IMG/VR virus record: IMGVR_UViG_3300045911_000130
Coordinates: 1-64,000 of that record
Direction: 5' to 3' (one strand)
DNA from: a virus
Length of the DNA: 64,000 nt
The notes beneath the pieces are model-generated. The model was given only the letters and a program-made list of their open reading frames with translations, was not told the origin of the DNA and did no database searches. This document shows, piece after piece, positions 8,582 through 18,744 of this stretch (positions within the stretch are counted from its first letter, which is position 1; each line of letters opens with the position of its first letter). A program made the position numbers and the translations under genes.

Positions 8582-8761
8582 ATGTTTGTTTGGATGTTGC
8601 TGGAATTCCTTGAGTCGGTCGGGCTGGTTAAGTTGCGGTGCCGGAAGTGCGGAGAGCGCCTAAAGCTGCTTCGATCTTGGGATGTTATGGTGGTGCATTT
8701 TTGCAAACGGCCAAATAGTAACGAGTACCGTGTAGTACTAAAATCTGTCTCTGGTCGGTAG
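8582..8761 (+). CDS. Small hypothetical protein (59 aa, CxxC), below the ORF-track cutoff
   Basis: Translated by hand: MFVWMLLEFLESVGLVKLRCRKCGERLKLL... Confidence 0.4.
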   Translation: MFVWMLLEFLESVGLVKLRCRKCGERLKLLRSWDVMVVHFCKRPNSNEYRVVLKSVSGR

Positions 8762-8783
8762 ATTGCATGATAGCCTAAGGGGC

Positions 8784-9380
8784 ATGACGATCCAATTAGA
8801 CGGGAAAGCTCTTGAAGCTCTATTGTGTGCGATGGGGCCGGATGGCAAGCTGCAATTGATTCAAGGCGTCATGGAGATTTTTGCCCAGAAATACGTGAAG
8901 GGCATCATGAAGTCTGAAGTCGCAGAAACCATCCAAGCTGTTGTAAAAGAAGAGGTAAAGGCTATAAAGCCAGAGTTGCAAGAGATGGTGCGTTCGGCTG
9001 TTTGCGGCTATCTGAATGGCGGCGTGCAAGTTCCTGTGACGAGTGGAGCCAAGCAAATAGTTTTGACCAAGGAAGCGCAGGATGCGATAAGGCAGTCAGT
9101 GCAGGTTAGGTTGGCGGCAGCTATTGTAGAAGAGGCTCGGCAGATAACCGACGCCGCTCTTAGCGATGGAGCCCGGAAGAGGGTCCAGGCAGAGATCGGT
9201 GAACTGGCAAGGAAGTTAGGGGTTGCGCTCGGTAAGGAATTCACTGATAATGTCCTCAAGACTGTTAGGCAGCAGCACGAGGTTACGCTGGAGGCCCTAA
9301 AGAATGCCTCGATGGTGGCACAGTTGAAAGGACGGATAGAAGATGCTTCTGACCAATTGCGAAAAATCGAATTTGACTGA
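8784..9380 (+). CDS. Hypothetical helical protein
   Basis: ATG 7 nt after a -10-like TGaTAGCCT. Confidence 0.65.
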   Translation: MTIQLDGKALEALLCAMGPDGKLQLIQGVMEIFAQKYVKGIMKSEVAETIQAVVKEEVKAIKPELQEMVRSAVCGYLNGGVQVPVTSGAKQIVLTKEAQDAIRQSVQVRLAAAIVEEARQITDAALSDGARKRVQAEIGELARKLGVALGKEFTDNVLKTVRQQHEVTLEALKNASMVAQLKGRIEDASDQLRKIEFD

Positions 9381-9681
9381 GCGCAAGCTTTACCCGCATT
9401 TGAAGCGGGTTATTCGTGTCGAGCGTTGCGCCTATCAGCAAGCGGACGGAAGCTACGCGCCGCCGGTCGAACTGGCCCGAATCAAGGAAATGCGCTTCAT
9501 TTACGTGGCTGAGGACGAGCCGGACAAGCCGTATGTCCGCATCAAGCGGACGAAGTTCTACCTTACTTCGGTGGAAGTTCCGGTGTACGAAGTCGTCTAC
9601 AAGCAGTTGCATTTGGCCGCGCCGCGTGTCGCATTGAGTGCGCGGCGCGGGAAGATGGCGCTCGAAAGAAAGGCAGCCTAA
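9343..9681 (+). CDS. Hypothetical protein
   Basis: ORF tiling. Confidence 0.5.
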   Translation: MLLTNCEKSNLTERKLYPHLKRVIRVERCAYQQADGSYAPPVELARIKEMRFIYVAEDEPDKPYVRIKRTKFYLTSVEVPVYEVVYKQLHLAAPRVALSARRGKMALERKAA

Positions 9682-10192
9682 CAAGTTGAAAATCAAGCCG
9701 GTCGATTCCATCCCATCCGCCGATCTACAGAAAGACTTCCCAAGCGCGGGTTTCATGAAATTCCGGCTAATAGGTGTTGCTTGCGGCAATCCTCCAGAGA
9801 ACGAAGACCCGTCCGTAATCTTGAAAAAGGCAGAAGAAACCGCTAATGGCATGATGGCCTTGGCGATTGAAGCTGAGTGCATAGGCCGCTCGACGAATGC
9901 TAATCCTATCCTAGTCGAGAGGCAGGAAGAGAAGGCGCTTTTGAATGTCGTGATCGGGATGCGATATGGACTCTGGTTGATGCTGGGTTTGCTTTTGATG
10001 GAGCACGTTTGGTTTGCGCTGGTCTACCGGGATAGACCGAACGTGCATGATTCGTTCATAGTTCTATACATTGGCGTGGGCTACTTGATGTTCATTCTTA
10101 CGCGCAAGATCGGAAAAATGATCCAGAGCATCAACGATCATTCGCATGGGCTCATGGAAAACCTGATTGCTTTTCTGTTGCGGTACAGATAG
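9638..10192 (+). CDS. Putative membrane protein (two TM segments; start uncertain)
   Basis: Hydrophobic stretches GLWLMLGLLLMEHVWFALV and FIVLYIGVGYLMFIL. Confidence 0.55.
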   Translation: MRGAGRWRSKERQPNKLKIKPVDSIPSADLQKDFPSAGFMKFRLIGVACGNPPENEDPSVILKKAEETANGMMALAIEAECIGRSTNANPILVERQEEKALLNVVIGMRYGLWLMLGLLLMEHVWFALVYRDRPNVHDSFIVLYIGVGYLMFILTRKIGKMIQSINDHSHGLMENLIAFLLRYR

Positions 10193-10285
10193 TACTTTTT
10201 TGGTTCTTTAGGGTTCTCAAAAGTAATAACTGCGTGATATTGTCAAGATGTGGCAATGATAGGTTAGCCGACCGATATTATTGAA

Positions 10286-10441
10286 ATGGATTATTTGGTT
10301 ACGATGGGGAAGGTTTTCATGGTAGATTTTGGCCTCCAGAACTGCCATGATAGGGCAATCCACTGCATGATAGAAAACGACATGGATTACGTGGAAGTCC
10401 CGCCGGAGATACTGGCAAGGATAAACGCCAAACAGGTTTAA
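10286..10441 (+). CDS. Small hypothetical protein (51 aa), below the ORF-track cutoff
   Basis: Translated by hand: MDYLVTMGKVFMVDFGLQNCHDRAIHCMIENDMDYVEVPPEILARINAKQV. Confidence 0.35.
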   Translation: MDYLVTMGKVFMVDFGLQNCHDRAIHCMIENDMDYVEVPPEILARINAKQV

Positions 10442-10531
10442 CGATCTCCAAATGGTCCGACTATGCGCTATATGCTCGGGCCTCCCTCCTAAACCCGCTG
10501 GCCGCCGGGTGGAGAAAGCGGCCATAATCTT

Positions 10532-10957
10532 ATGTTTCATGGATTCAGTGTTGGGGATAGAGTGTTGCAAGTCGGATCGCTGGATAAAAAAACCGGCATC
10601 GGCATGGTAGGCAGCATTACGGCTTTGGGCGGAGCCAAGGCCGCAGTTCGCCTAGATGGTCAACCGGCAGTTGTTCGTTGGGTGCATTATCGATTTCTTC
10701 AGAAGTATACGGAGCCGTTTGCTTTAGATGAAGTCGAGACCTTGAAGAAACTCAAGGACCGCCTCAAAGACCTTCACCACCTCCACGTTCAATCAGTGGA
10801 AAACCGGCGATTGGTAACGGGTACTATTATAGCAAGATATAGTACTTTCCGAGGAGGGAATGATGCGGTCACCCTTCACGAATGCGATAGCATGAATGAA
10901 GAGCAAGCGGCTGAAGCGCTGGAGGCTCGAATAAGGAGTTATTGTGACGGCATCTAG
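10532..10957 (+). CDS. Hypothetical protein, SH3/KOW-like N-terminus
   Basis: FSVGDRV...G.I...AVRLDG pattern. Confidence 0.55.
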   Translation: MFHGFSVGDRVLQVGSLDKKTGIGMVGSITALGGAKAAVRLDGQPAVVRWVHYRFLQKYTEPFALDEVETLKKLKDRLKDLHHLHVQSVENRRLVTGTIIARYSTFRGGNDAVTLHECDSMNEEQAAEALEARIRSYCDGI

Positions 10958-11198
10958 CGAAGGCAATCAGAGTAATAACAAGCTCGCGATTGACTTTTTT
11001 CAGTTTTTGCAATCGGCGAAAATGCCGGTTACGGTGCGTCCACGCTTGCCGCGCATAGGTGGAAACGATGGCTTTGAAATTGTTATGGGCTGGGGCGCGG
11101 ACACGCGGCTGACCGTTTCCGACGACAAGACGCTGGCGGGTGCGGTGGAGAAATTGCTGGTGGCGACGGAAAAGAGCAGAGAAGATGCCGCAAGTTAG
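10944..11198 (+). CDS. Hypothetical protein
   Basis: AAGGAG SD before GTG. Confidence 0.6.
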   Translation: MTASSEGNQSNNKLAIDFFQFLQSAKMPVTVRPRLPRIGGNDGFEIVMGWGADTRLTVSDDKTLAGAVEKLLVATEKSREDAAS

Positions 11199-11613
11199 GC
11201 TGGGAATGATTAACGAGATGTTGGCCGTGTTCGTCAGGCCGGTCGATTACCCTGCCTGCGTCGTTGTGCGCCGGTTCGCCAATCTTGTGGATGGCGTGGG
11301 GATGCTCGATGTGAAAGGTAAGTTGAGCCTGCCGCCTTCCATTGTTGAGCGCCAGCGCGGGGATACGACAAAGCCCATGCAGGTCGAAATCAAGAGCGCC
11401 GAATTCACGCTGAATCAGCAGGCGTTCTACAGCGCCGGGGAAACGTGGCTCCGGGCGGACCCGGATCTCATCATCCCCATCGAAGACGAAGTGGGCAAGC
11501 GTGAGGCCGACCGCATTGCTATGGCGCGGGCATTCTGCCGCGATTGGGGAGCCCAGGTCGCTCTTACTCCGCTGCCGAACGATCCGCCGCAATTGCTGGA
11601 GGTCTGGCTGTAA
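11185..11613 (+). CDS. Hypothetical protein
   Basis: ORF tiling; TAATG coupling. Confidence 0.55.
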   Translation: MPQVRLGMINEMLAVFVRPVDYPACVVVRRFANLVDGVGMLDVKGKLSLPPSIVERQRGDTTKPMQVEIKSAEFTLNQQAFYSAGETWLRADPDLIIPIEDEVGKREADRIAMARAFCRDWGAQVALTPLPNDPPQLLEVWL

Positions 11614-12215
11614 TGATCTCCATACCGATACCAGATGCTCCTGGAGTTATCGCGAAAAAAAGCGAAGACAATACTCGCTTTGCTATTTTCTCTCATGATG
11701 AGAAGTATAGATACTGTCTAGCGGTAGCTTTTACTACAAGGGGCTGGAAGCTCGGCGATAATCGTTGGATAAACTATCTGATGTTGAATCCTTCAACCGC
11801 AGACGAATTTTCTAATGATCCAACGATTGAACGCTGCCAGCGCCGGGCGATGATGCTCGGGTTTTCCGGTTTGGTGGTCACGAATTTGTTTGCGTATCGT
11901 TCAACGGACCCTTGGGATATGAGAGGACAAGCATATCCTGTCGGAGAGAACAACGACTATTACATCGATATGATCGCTTCAGCTTGCGATGTGATAGTTT
12001 GCGGATGGGGTGAGCATGGCATGTATACGGGGCGTGGGGAGAAAGTCTTGAAGCGGTTGTCAGGGAAGTTTCATGACAAAATGTATCATCTTGGCTTGAC
12101 GGAAAAGAATGAGCAGCCGCGCCATCCATTGTATGTTAGTTACAAACAGCCGCTACTGCCGTTCTCCGAAAATTCAAAGCCAATCATGATAGAGAAATTA
12201 CCAGCTTCTCGATGA
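11613..12215 (+). CDS. DUF1643 family protein
   Basis: MLNPSTAD..NDPTI.RC, NLFAYRSTDP, CGWG, PRHPLY. Confidence 0.9.
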   Translation: MISIPIPDAPGVIAKKSEDNTRFAIFSHDEKYRYCLAVAFTTRGWKLGDNRWINYLMLNPSTADEFSNDPTIERCQRRAMMLGFSGLVVTNLFAYRSTDPWDMRGQAYPVGENNDYYIDMIASACDVIVCGWGEHGMYTGRGEKVLKRLSGKFHDKMYHLGLTEKNEQPRHPLYVSYKQPLLPFSENSKPIMIEKLPASR

Positions 12216-12583
12216 CACCTATGTCCATGCCAACTACTCGATCTATTGCGTTACGGGCTAAATGGAATGGCGCTATGGCTGATCCAGGTCGCAATCCGGT
12301 CGGCGCGTTTGAGCTTGTCGGCTGGGATGTGGAAAACAATAAGTTTGGGAAAAAGTGGTGCGTATGCGTCGGGGAGCGCATTTGTTGGGCGACGGCAGAT
12401 CGAGATGAGGCTTTGGAACAAGCGCGGGCGGTGGCAATGGGGCGGCCCGGCATGTTCGAGAAATATGCCGACTCCGATCTAAAGTTTGAGATTTTTCCGC
12501 TGCAAGTTGAACTATATAAGAAAACCAATGGAAGTTCAGGATTGCGCCGCCGGATCGAGCAAGGCTCAAAGCCCGAAGTGTAA
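12212..12583 (+). CDS. Hypothetical protein
   Basis: ATGA overlap. Confidence 0.5.
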   Translation: MTPMSMPTTRSIALRAKWNGAMADPGRNPVGAFELVGWDVENNKFGKKWCVCVGERICWATADRDEALEQARAVAMGRPGMFEKYADSDLKFEIFPLQVELYKKTNGSSGLRRRIEQGSKPEV

Positions 12584-12809
12584 TTGCGGAGAGTGCCGTG
12601 GGTGCAGAATACGGCGCTCCAGGCAAGCACAAATCGACCGGCCTCTGGGGCGTGGGGAGCTAGAGCTACAGGGCGACGAGTATTGGAAGACGGGAGATCA
12701 GTCTGCCCTTGACCTGTTCTATGCGGAAGTGCGATCAAGGACATCGGTAAGCGCAGCGTTGCGCGGGAGCCGCCGCCGGAAGCGCTTGGGTTGCGGACCA
12801 GACTTCTAG
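12528..12809 (+). CDS. Hypothetical protein with CxCxxCxxC
   Basis: ORF tiling; Cys cluster. Confidence 0.45.
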   Translation: MEVQDCAAGSSKAQSPKCNCGECRGCRIRRSRQAQIDRPLGRGELELQGDEYWKTGDQSALDLFYAEVRSRTSVSAALRGSRRRKRLGCGPDF

Positions 12810-12853
12810 TACTTTTTGCAAAATATAAATTGCACTTGCAGGTTCAACGTTAT

Positions 12854-12869
12854 GCTATGCTGGCGTAGC
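12854..12869. promoter_or_regulatory. Palindromic operator-like site GCTATGCTGGCGTAGC over an extended -10
   Basis: Matches GCTAY-N6-GTAGC; ATG at 12871. Confidence 0.65.
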
Positions 12870-12870
12870 A

Positions 12871-14676
12871 ATGATAGTCAAGATCACAAAAGAAGACTGG
12901 CCCCCCATCAAAGAAGTTTTGCTTGAACTGGAGAAGACGGGGCGCTTCCCAACTTGCGGTACTTCCACCCTGGAAGAGACGATGGATGCGGACGATTGGG
13001 AGCGATCCGCGCTTGAATCCACTGAAGGCAAGCTGACTATTTCAGAGTTGGTATTCGAGCTTGAAAACTCGAAGCGTCGATGGGGATATGAAGAAATCAG
13101 CTTGGATCTTTCCGACTTCAGTTCCGAGTTGGTTGCGGAACTGGATTCAGCGCTGAACCAGAAAAAGTTGAGTTCGCGCAGTCTTCGCATCGCCATCAAT
13201 GGCTATCATCGCGTGAAGTCCGATCCGTCCGGCGTTGTGCCAAAGAGCCTCCCTGAGCTTGCTATGGCAATCAAGATGCTCATAGTTGAAAATTGCAATA
13301 AGGTCAACGGCGATGGCTGGCTTTATCGCGTGAAGGAATGGCCTGGGATCGGGAACATACTGGAGCCTTACTTGGTTGATGAGGTTGAGTACCATCCCGG
13401 CTTGAAGAAAAACCGTGGGGATCGAGACCCGTTTGTTGGCGTAACCCTTGAGTGTGACGGCATTTCTGTTCCGCGTGACAGCGATCATGTCTGCGATGTA
13501 AGCAGGCGCGACAGTACGAGTATCACTTTTGAAAAAGATAGCCTTGGCACTCTTACGGTGATGCAGCTTTTGGAAAGCAAGGGTTGGTTGCTTGAGAATG
13601 CCGAGATGAAACAGGAGTATCTTTTCCGTCAAGAAAGATTTCATAAGTATCTGGAAATGAAGAACCAACAGTTTTGGGTTCGTCATTTCATGTATTTGCC
13701 GGAAAATGATCGTGACCGTTCTTGGCGCAATTGGCACAGCTTGCAAATCATACAACCGGCCCGCGTTGTGCAAGATATGGGCAGAGTCACTTTTAAGTAC
13801 TCCACTCCGCGCAAGATGCACAAGTGGCAAGCGGCTGGAGCTACTCGTGGATTCACGCAAGTACCGTTTTCTCCGTGGCTTGTGTGTTTTCACTTAAGCG
13901 ATCACGAAATTGGCTTGGCGCACGTCGATTGCCTGGAGCCCTACGAGTACGACACGTCGATCCGCGAGAAGATTGTTCTGCCGGATCACCACCGCGATCT
14001 AATCGAGGCGTTGACCAGCGAATTGGCGTTGTTCGCCGACGACGTGGTGGCGGGGAAGAGCGGCGGCATCAACATTCTGTGCGTTGGGCCTGCCGGGACG
14101 GGCAAGACCCTGACGGCGGAGATTTACTCGGAAGTGACCAAGCGGCCTCTTTACCGCGTGACGGCGGCGCAACTTGGGATTAACGCCGACGAAGTGGAAG
14201 AGAACCTGCGCTTGGTCATGTCTCGGTCCCAGCGCTGGGGCGCTGTGCTCTTGCTGGATGAGGCCGACGTGTACGTTCGAGCCCGCAAGGACGATGTGTC
14301 TCACAATGCGATTGTGGCCGCGTTCCTGCGCTCGATGGAGTACTTTGACGGGCTCACGTTCATGACCAGCAACCGGGGCGGCGACATCGACGATGCGATC
14401 AAGAGCCGCTGCATCGCCACGATCCGGTATGACATCCCTGGCGCGAACGAGGCGAAGCGCATTTGGCGTATCCAGTCAGAGGCGCAAAAGGTGCCTTTGA
14501 ATGATGCCCTGATCGATTTGCTCGTCAAGACGATGCCGCGCTTGAGTGGCCGCGACATCAAGGAGCTTCTGAAGCTTACGTCGAAGTATCTGAATGCACG
14601 CGGCGAAAGCTTCAACGGGAAGGCATTCATTAACTGTGCGCGGTTCCGTGACATCGAGATCGTAACAGGCAAGTAG
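12871..14676 (+). CDS. AAA+ ATPase with long N-terminal domain
   Basis: Walker A GPAGTGKT, Walker B LLLDEAD, sensor TSNR, D.AIKSR arginine finger, SGRDIK. Confidence 0.9.
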   Translation: MIVKITKEDWPPIKEVLLELEKTGRFPTCGTSTLEETMDADDWERSALESTEGKLTISELVFELENSKRRWGYEEISLDLSDFSSELVAELDSALNQKKLSSRSLRIAINGYHRVKSDPSGVVPKSLPELAMAIKMLIVENCNKVNGDGWLYRVKEWPGIGNILEPYLVDEVEYHPGLKKNRGDRDPFVGVTLECDGISVPRDSDHVCDVSRRDSTSITFEKDSLGTLTVMQLLESKGWLLENAEMKQEYLFRQERFHKYLEMKNQQFWVRHFMYLPENDRDRSWRNWHSLQIIQPARVVQDMGRVTFKYSTPRKMHKWQAAGATRGFTQVPFSPWLVCFHLSDHEIGLAHVDCLEPYEYDTSIREKIVLPDHHRDLIEALTSELALFADDVVAGKSGGINILCVGPAGTGKTLTAEIYSEVTKRPLYRVTAAQLGINADEVEENLRLVMSRSQRWGAVLLLDEADVYVRARKDDVSHNAIVAAFLRSMEYFDGLTFMTSNRGGDIDDAIKSRCIATIRYDIPGANEAKRIWRIQSEAQKVPLNDALIDLLVKTMPRLSGRDIKELLKLTSKYLNARGESFNGKAFINCARFRDIEIVTGK

Positions 14677-14678
14677 CC

Positions 14679-15170
14679 ATGACCCCGAAGATAAGGGTGA
14701 AGCCTATTCGTTGTTATTGTAGCAAGTGCCACAGTTTGTTTTTTGGTGAGATGCTTGAAAACATTAGTATTACTGTGTTTGTAAAGCATATCGCTACTAT
14801 TCGATGTCAAGATTGTGGCGCGTCATACAAGAAGATAGAATTGGTCACATCAAGAAAAGGCGAAGCGCTAATCCGCGAAAAGCATAACTTAGGCGACATG
14901 CCTTTGGAAGCAATCGCATTTTGGGATGAGGCAGAAAAACAGAATGAACGACATCAATTTCAACGCGCCGGGGTTAATGCGAAAGCTGCGCTTGCTGGGC
15001 GGCCAGAAGAAACGGGAGCCGAAGCCGCCGCCGCCGCCGAAGCCATTGAAGGGGCGCTGGACGCAGATCGGGCCAAGGACGTTTCAAAGGGAAGACGGGG
15101 CGCTCGTCGTCGAGTTCCCTCTGGGGTGGCGAAGGGACGAATACCCAGCGATTCCGGTAGCGGCGCTTGA
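14679..15170 (+). CDS. Zn-ribbon hypothetical protein
   Basis: CSKC and CQDC. Confidence 0.5.
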   Translation: MTPKIRVKPIRCYCSKCHSLFFGEMLENISITVFVKHIATIRCQDCGASYKKIELVTSRKGEALIREKHNLGDMPLEAIAFWDEAEKQNERHQFQRAGVNAKAALAGRPEETGAEAAAAAEAIEGALDADRAKDVSKGRRGARRRVPSGVAKGRIPSDSGSGA

Positions 15171-15507
15171 CGCCATCGAGCGTTCAGACCGCGTGAATCA
15201 ATGCGCCTGGACGCTCATATCGCCGAAGGGCGTGGTTCCGATGAAGCGTGGGCCGGTCGGGAACACTCCGGGCTCGATGCGCAACGGCGTGGGCGGTCCC
15301 CTTGCCCGGCGGACGGTAAAGAGCCGCGCCGTATACTTCGCGTCTGAGCAACGGGCGATGAAGTATTGCGACGAGTTGTACCCGCCTGCGATTGGCTATC
15401 GAGGGCATGGGTTCGAGTATCCTTTCCGTGACATGACAGAAGAGCAGATTCAAAGCCGCAAGAAGGTTCTGGAGAAATTGAAATATGGAAGATATAACCG
15501 TTTTTGA
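14944..15507 (+). CDS. Hypothetical protein
   Basis: GAGG upstream; Pro-rich segment. Confidence 0.55.
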   Translation: MNDINFNAPGLMRKLRLLGGQKKREPKPPPPPKPLKGRWTQIGPRTFQREDGALVVEFPLGWRRDEYPAIPVAALDAIERSDRVNQCAWTLISPKGVVPMKRGPVGNTPGSMRNGVGGPLARRTVKSRAVYFASEQRAMKYCDELYPPAIGYRGHGFEYPFRDMTEEQIQSRKKVLEKLKYGRYNRF

Positions 15508-16492
15508 AGAGCGAACCGGAGACGATAACATCGACGCCACGCTCGAAGATGAAATTCGCGCATATTGGAATCAAACCCGTCGCCCTGCGCGGACCAAGGT
15601 TTATATGTGCGAGGATTGCGGCCAAATACAGGTTTGGGCAACCTACGAAGCGCCGGACTTCATCAAGAAAATGTTGATGCGCGAAATTGAGCAGCGTGCG
15701 CTGATGCAGGCTCCGGTTGGTAAGCCAATGAAAAAAGGAAAGCCAGCCATCGCCTTCATGACCATTGATGAAAGTCGGGAGTTTCAGCAGCGCTTGGCGG
15801 ATGAGGCACGCGAGAAGGTCATCAAGTTTATGAATGCTTGCCATTTGTCGCTGATGCCGGAAACCATCGTAAAGCTCGATGGGAAGGTGATATCGGGGCA
15901 CGATGCGACACAGACTCCGCTTGAAGAAGTCAGTAGCGGAAGCCTGATTAAGTGTGGCTGGGGCCGCCTGTTGATGGCGTTTGACAATCCCACGGAAGCG
16001 TTTAACTTGGCAAACGATATCAACGAAACGGTGTATGCCTACGCGATTCTCGGGCACGTCCGCGTGGTGGCGGCTAAGTTGGTTGGAGATATGTTCGACT
16101 TCGCGACAAGAGCCGGAGAATCTTACCCAGAGGAAATCGCCAAGCTAGTTACGGAGCGTTTCCGTGGAAGGTTTAGCCCGGATGCGTTTGCGCAGCGAGC
16201 GGCAGAGGGTAACATTACAGTTGATGAAGAGCGAAAGCTGAATCGGCTGTACCAAGAAATCATGGAGGATGGAAACTATCCAGACGAACAGAAGTTGAGT
16301 ACCATCGTCCAATCACATGCCGCAGTACTTGCTGTTGACATGATGCAGAATTCCCTGCACGCCGCAATTGCCCTAAAGCGTGGTCCATCGATCAACCAGG
16401 GCAATGTCTCAGAAATTATTCGAGAGGCCATGAAGGATTACTTGGAGGGTATGCAAGATCAGCAGAAAGAGAAGAAAGAATGGAACCAGTAG
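15485..16492 (+). CDS. Hypothetical protein
   Basis: 335-aa ORF; CEDC. Confidence 0.7.
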   Translation: MEDITVFEERTGDDNIDATLEDEIRAYWNQTRRPARTKVYMCEDCGQIQVWATYEAPDFIKKMLMREIEQRALMQAPVGKPMKKGKPAIAFMTIDESREFQQRLADEAREKVIKFMNACHLSLMPETIVKLDGKVISGHDATQTPLEEVSSGSLIKCGWGRLLMAFDNPTEAFNLANDINETVYAYAILGHVRVVAAKLVGDMFDFATRAGESYPEEIAKLVTERFRGRFSPDAFAQRAAEGNITVDEERKLNRLYQEIMEDGNYPDEQKLSTIVQSHAAVLAVDMMQNSLHAAIALKRGPSINQGNVSEIIREAMKDYLEGMQDQQKEKKEWNQ

Positions 16493-17109
16493 AAGACATC
16501 ATCATCACCGCGCTCAATCCGTGGCGGCCAGAAGAAGGGAACATCTCTCTTACTCCAAGGGAAGCCTTTCAGCATTACCTAAACTCGTTCCATGATGCTT
16601 TGTTCCGCTTGGACGAAATGAAGGCGTGGGCCGAAAAGGTAATGGTCGGCATGAGCGAAGAGCAGCGCGTCGAGGCTCAAGCTTCGATGCCGGAATGGCT
16701 GAACGGCGAGAACCCGGTCGCGATTGGTGGTAACATGCTTGTCGATCCAATTCTGGTGGATTGGATCGAGCGCCTGGAAGCTTTGACGGCAGAACACGAT
16801 CACGGCGATGAAGGGACTTACGTTTCCCAAGTGCGCAATTTGCTGGACGAGTTACCAGAAGATGCACGAGGCAGGCTTGTAATCGAGCGTGATTTTGCCC
16901 AGAACGCATTGCGCTACTTGTCGGCGCTGGACGAGTTTACGTGCGAAGGGCTAATTAAGCCAAATGCGGATCGATCTGGATTGGTCGTGGATGGCGTCAT
17001 TTTTACCATCGGCGCTCCGGGGGAACCGGATTATCGAAGGATCAAGGCCGCTGATTTTGTGCGAGCCATTCAGGAAGCGATGATAAGGGCAAATGGAACC
17101 CAAGGCTAG
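16480..17109 (+). CDS. Hypothetical acidic protein
   Basis: 209-aa ORF. Confidence 0.65.
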   Translation: MEPVEDIIITALNPWRPEEGNISLTPREAFQHYLNSFHDALFRLDEMKAWAEKVMVGMSEEQRVEAQASMPEWLNGENPVAIGGNMLVDPILVDWIERLEALTAEHDHGDEGTYVSQVRNLLDELPEDARGRLVIERDFAQNALRYLSALDEFTCEGLIKPNADRSGLVVDGVIFTIGAPGEPDYRRIKAADFVRAIQEAMIRANGTQG

Positions 17110-17389
17110 CCACCAGCCGACCCTCCAGGCAGTTCCACCGCAGCCGACCTTGGCGGAGCTTAAGCGGGCCTGCCGGGAGGCCATTGAAGCCGAGCAGAAG
17201 CTTCAGGAGGCGCTGTTGAATGTGCAGCGCTTCCTTGTCGAATACGGCAAGCATCGGTCCCTTGCTTCGATGGCGAAATTCGTCGGCAGCACGCGGAGCT
17301 ATGTCTGTGGCTTGCTGGGATACCGGCGGCCAATCAGCCTGGAAATGGTGAAGCGAATCTATGACGCAACACCGCCGACAAACCGTTGA
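17093..17389 (+). CDS. Putative Cro/XRE-type HTH protein
   Basis: SLASMAKFVGSTRSYVCGLLGYRRPIS HTH-like pattern. Confidence 0.55.
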   Translation: MEPKASHQPTLQAVPPQPTLAELKRACREAIEAEQKLQEALLNVQRFLVEYGKHRSLASMAKFVGSTRSYVCGLLGYRRPISLEMVKRIYDATPPTNR

Positions 17390-18419
17390 CGATAAATCGG
17401 CGCTTGGGATCATCGTTTCATCGCGGGCACTCAAGCCGATCAAAGATGAGCCCCCACCGCCACCAAAGTTCGGTCAACTAGAATTCGACCTTAAGCTTGC
17501 GCAGGCTCACCAACAATATTGCCCTGGGGGGAAGCCTCTCAAAAAATATAGATGGATAGAGCTTGAACGGTATTTTGGTAAGATTTGCATGAAAATTAGC
17601 TACTCACGTCCGGTTTTCGGTAATCCTGAAGAAATGCAATCTCTTGCGCATGAAATTACAAGTATGGCCTTGTATGATGTCGCGGGGATGAAGTTTCTTC
17701 GGGACAAGGCGCATCTTGCAATTCTCGATGGTTCAAGTAACTACTATCTTGGGTCTGTCAAAAGCTGGGATGGTGGGAATCGTGACAATGGTAGCCGGGA
17801 GATTGCTTTAGCCTTTCAGCAAAGGATTGAGCAAGCATTGGAAGATTTGGCGGCGCTGACTGGCGTAGATGCCATCAAGTCTTCTTTCCTGGTGAATTCT
17901 AAGTCCATAGTGGATATGTGGCCTTTCGTCGATGTCAATACCGCGCACGCTGTTGGCGAAGGCATGGGGAAGCTTCTATGTCCTGAGTTTTGCGGGCACG
18001 CTTCCTATCAGGAAGCCGCCGGTTACGTTGACCAACGCTTTGGCGAAATGGTCACGGAAAGCATAATGATGCAGGTTGACCGGGAAACTATCAGGACGGA
18101 CATGCTAGCATGGACCGCCTATGTTTCCGGGCGCATCCGTGGGTATCTTGACGCGACAATGGCTCTAAATTGGAAAACTAAATACAATCAAGCCACTGCT
18201 GAACTTAATAAGGTAAAAATAGAACTAATGCGCGAGCAAGGAGATATCAAAGACCTGATTCGTGAAGTAGAACAATTGAGAGGTTCTGTTTCAAGCGTAG
18301 TTCGGCAGCGCGACATCCTGGATGACCAATTGCGAGAAGTTGAAGCAGCAAAGAGGTTGCTGGAATCCAAACTGGAACCCGGCAAAACTGGCGTGCGTTT
18401 GATCGAGTTCCATGAGTAA
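17361..18419 (+). CDS. Hypothetical protein with C-terminal coiled coil
   Basis: 352-aa ORF. Confidence 0.7.
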   Translation: MTQHRRQTVDDKSALGIIVSSRALKPIKDEPPPPPKFGQLEFDLKLAQAHQQYCPGGKPLKKYRWIELERYFGKICMKISYSRPVFGNPEEMQSLAHEITSMALYDVAGMKFLRDKAHLAILDGSSNYYLGSVKSWDGGNRDNGSREIALAFQQRIEQALEDLAALTGVDAIKSSFLVNSKSIVDMWPFVDVNTAHAVGEGMGKLLCPEFCGHASYQEAAGYVDQRFGEMVTESIMMQVDRETIRTDMLAWTAYVSGRIRGYLDATMALNWKTKYNQATAELNKVKIELMREQGDIKDLIREVEQLRGSVSSVVRQRDILDDQLREVEAAKRLLESKLEPGKTGVRLIEFHE

Positions 18420-18744
18420 GAATGTTGTCTATGCTCCGCCGCAACCGCCTGCCCGAAAGTGTATTTGCGGCGGCCAGACTTATCGCAAGGACCGCATGGA
18501 TCACTTTTGGTATTGCGTGGCGTGTGGCCGGTGTACCGGGCGATCTGGCGCGGACAGGTGGGGATTTTGGCCGGTTTTCCAGTGCTATAACTGCAAGCAG
18601 TATCTCTGTTTTAAGAGAGATCCGACAAGACAAAGCTGGACGTGGTTTTGCACGCATTGTAACGCCTATCAGTTCGATGAGCATTGGATGGTGGACGGCT
18701 TTATGAATCTGGACCTTGAGGGATTGGAGAATTTCGACTTATGA
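18412..18744 (+). CDS. Cys/Trp-rich double Zn-ribbon protein
   Basis: CIC, CVAC, CYNC, CTHC. Confidence 0.65.
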   Translation: MSKNVVYAPPQPPARKCICGGQTYRKDRMDHFWYCVACGRCTGRSGADRWGFWPVFQCYNCKQYLCFKRDPTRQSWTWFCTHCNAYQFDEHWMVDGFMNLDLEGLENFDL

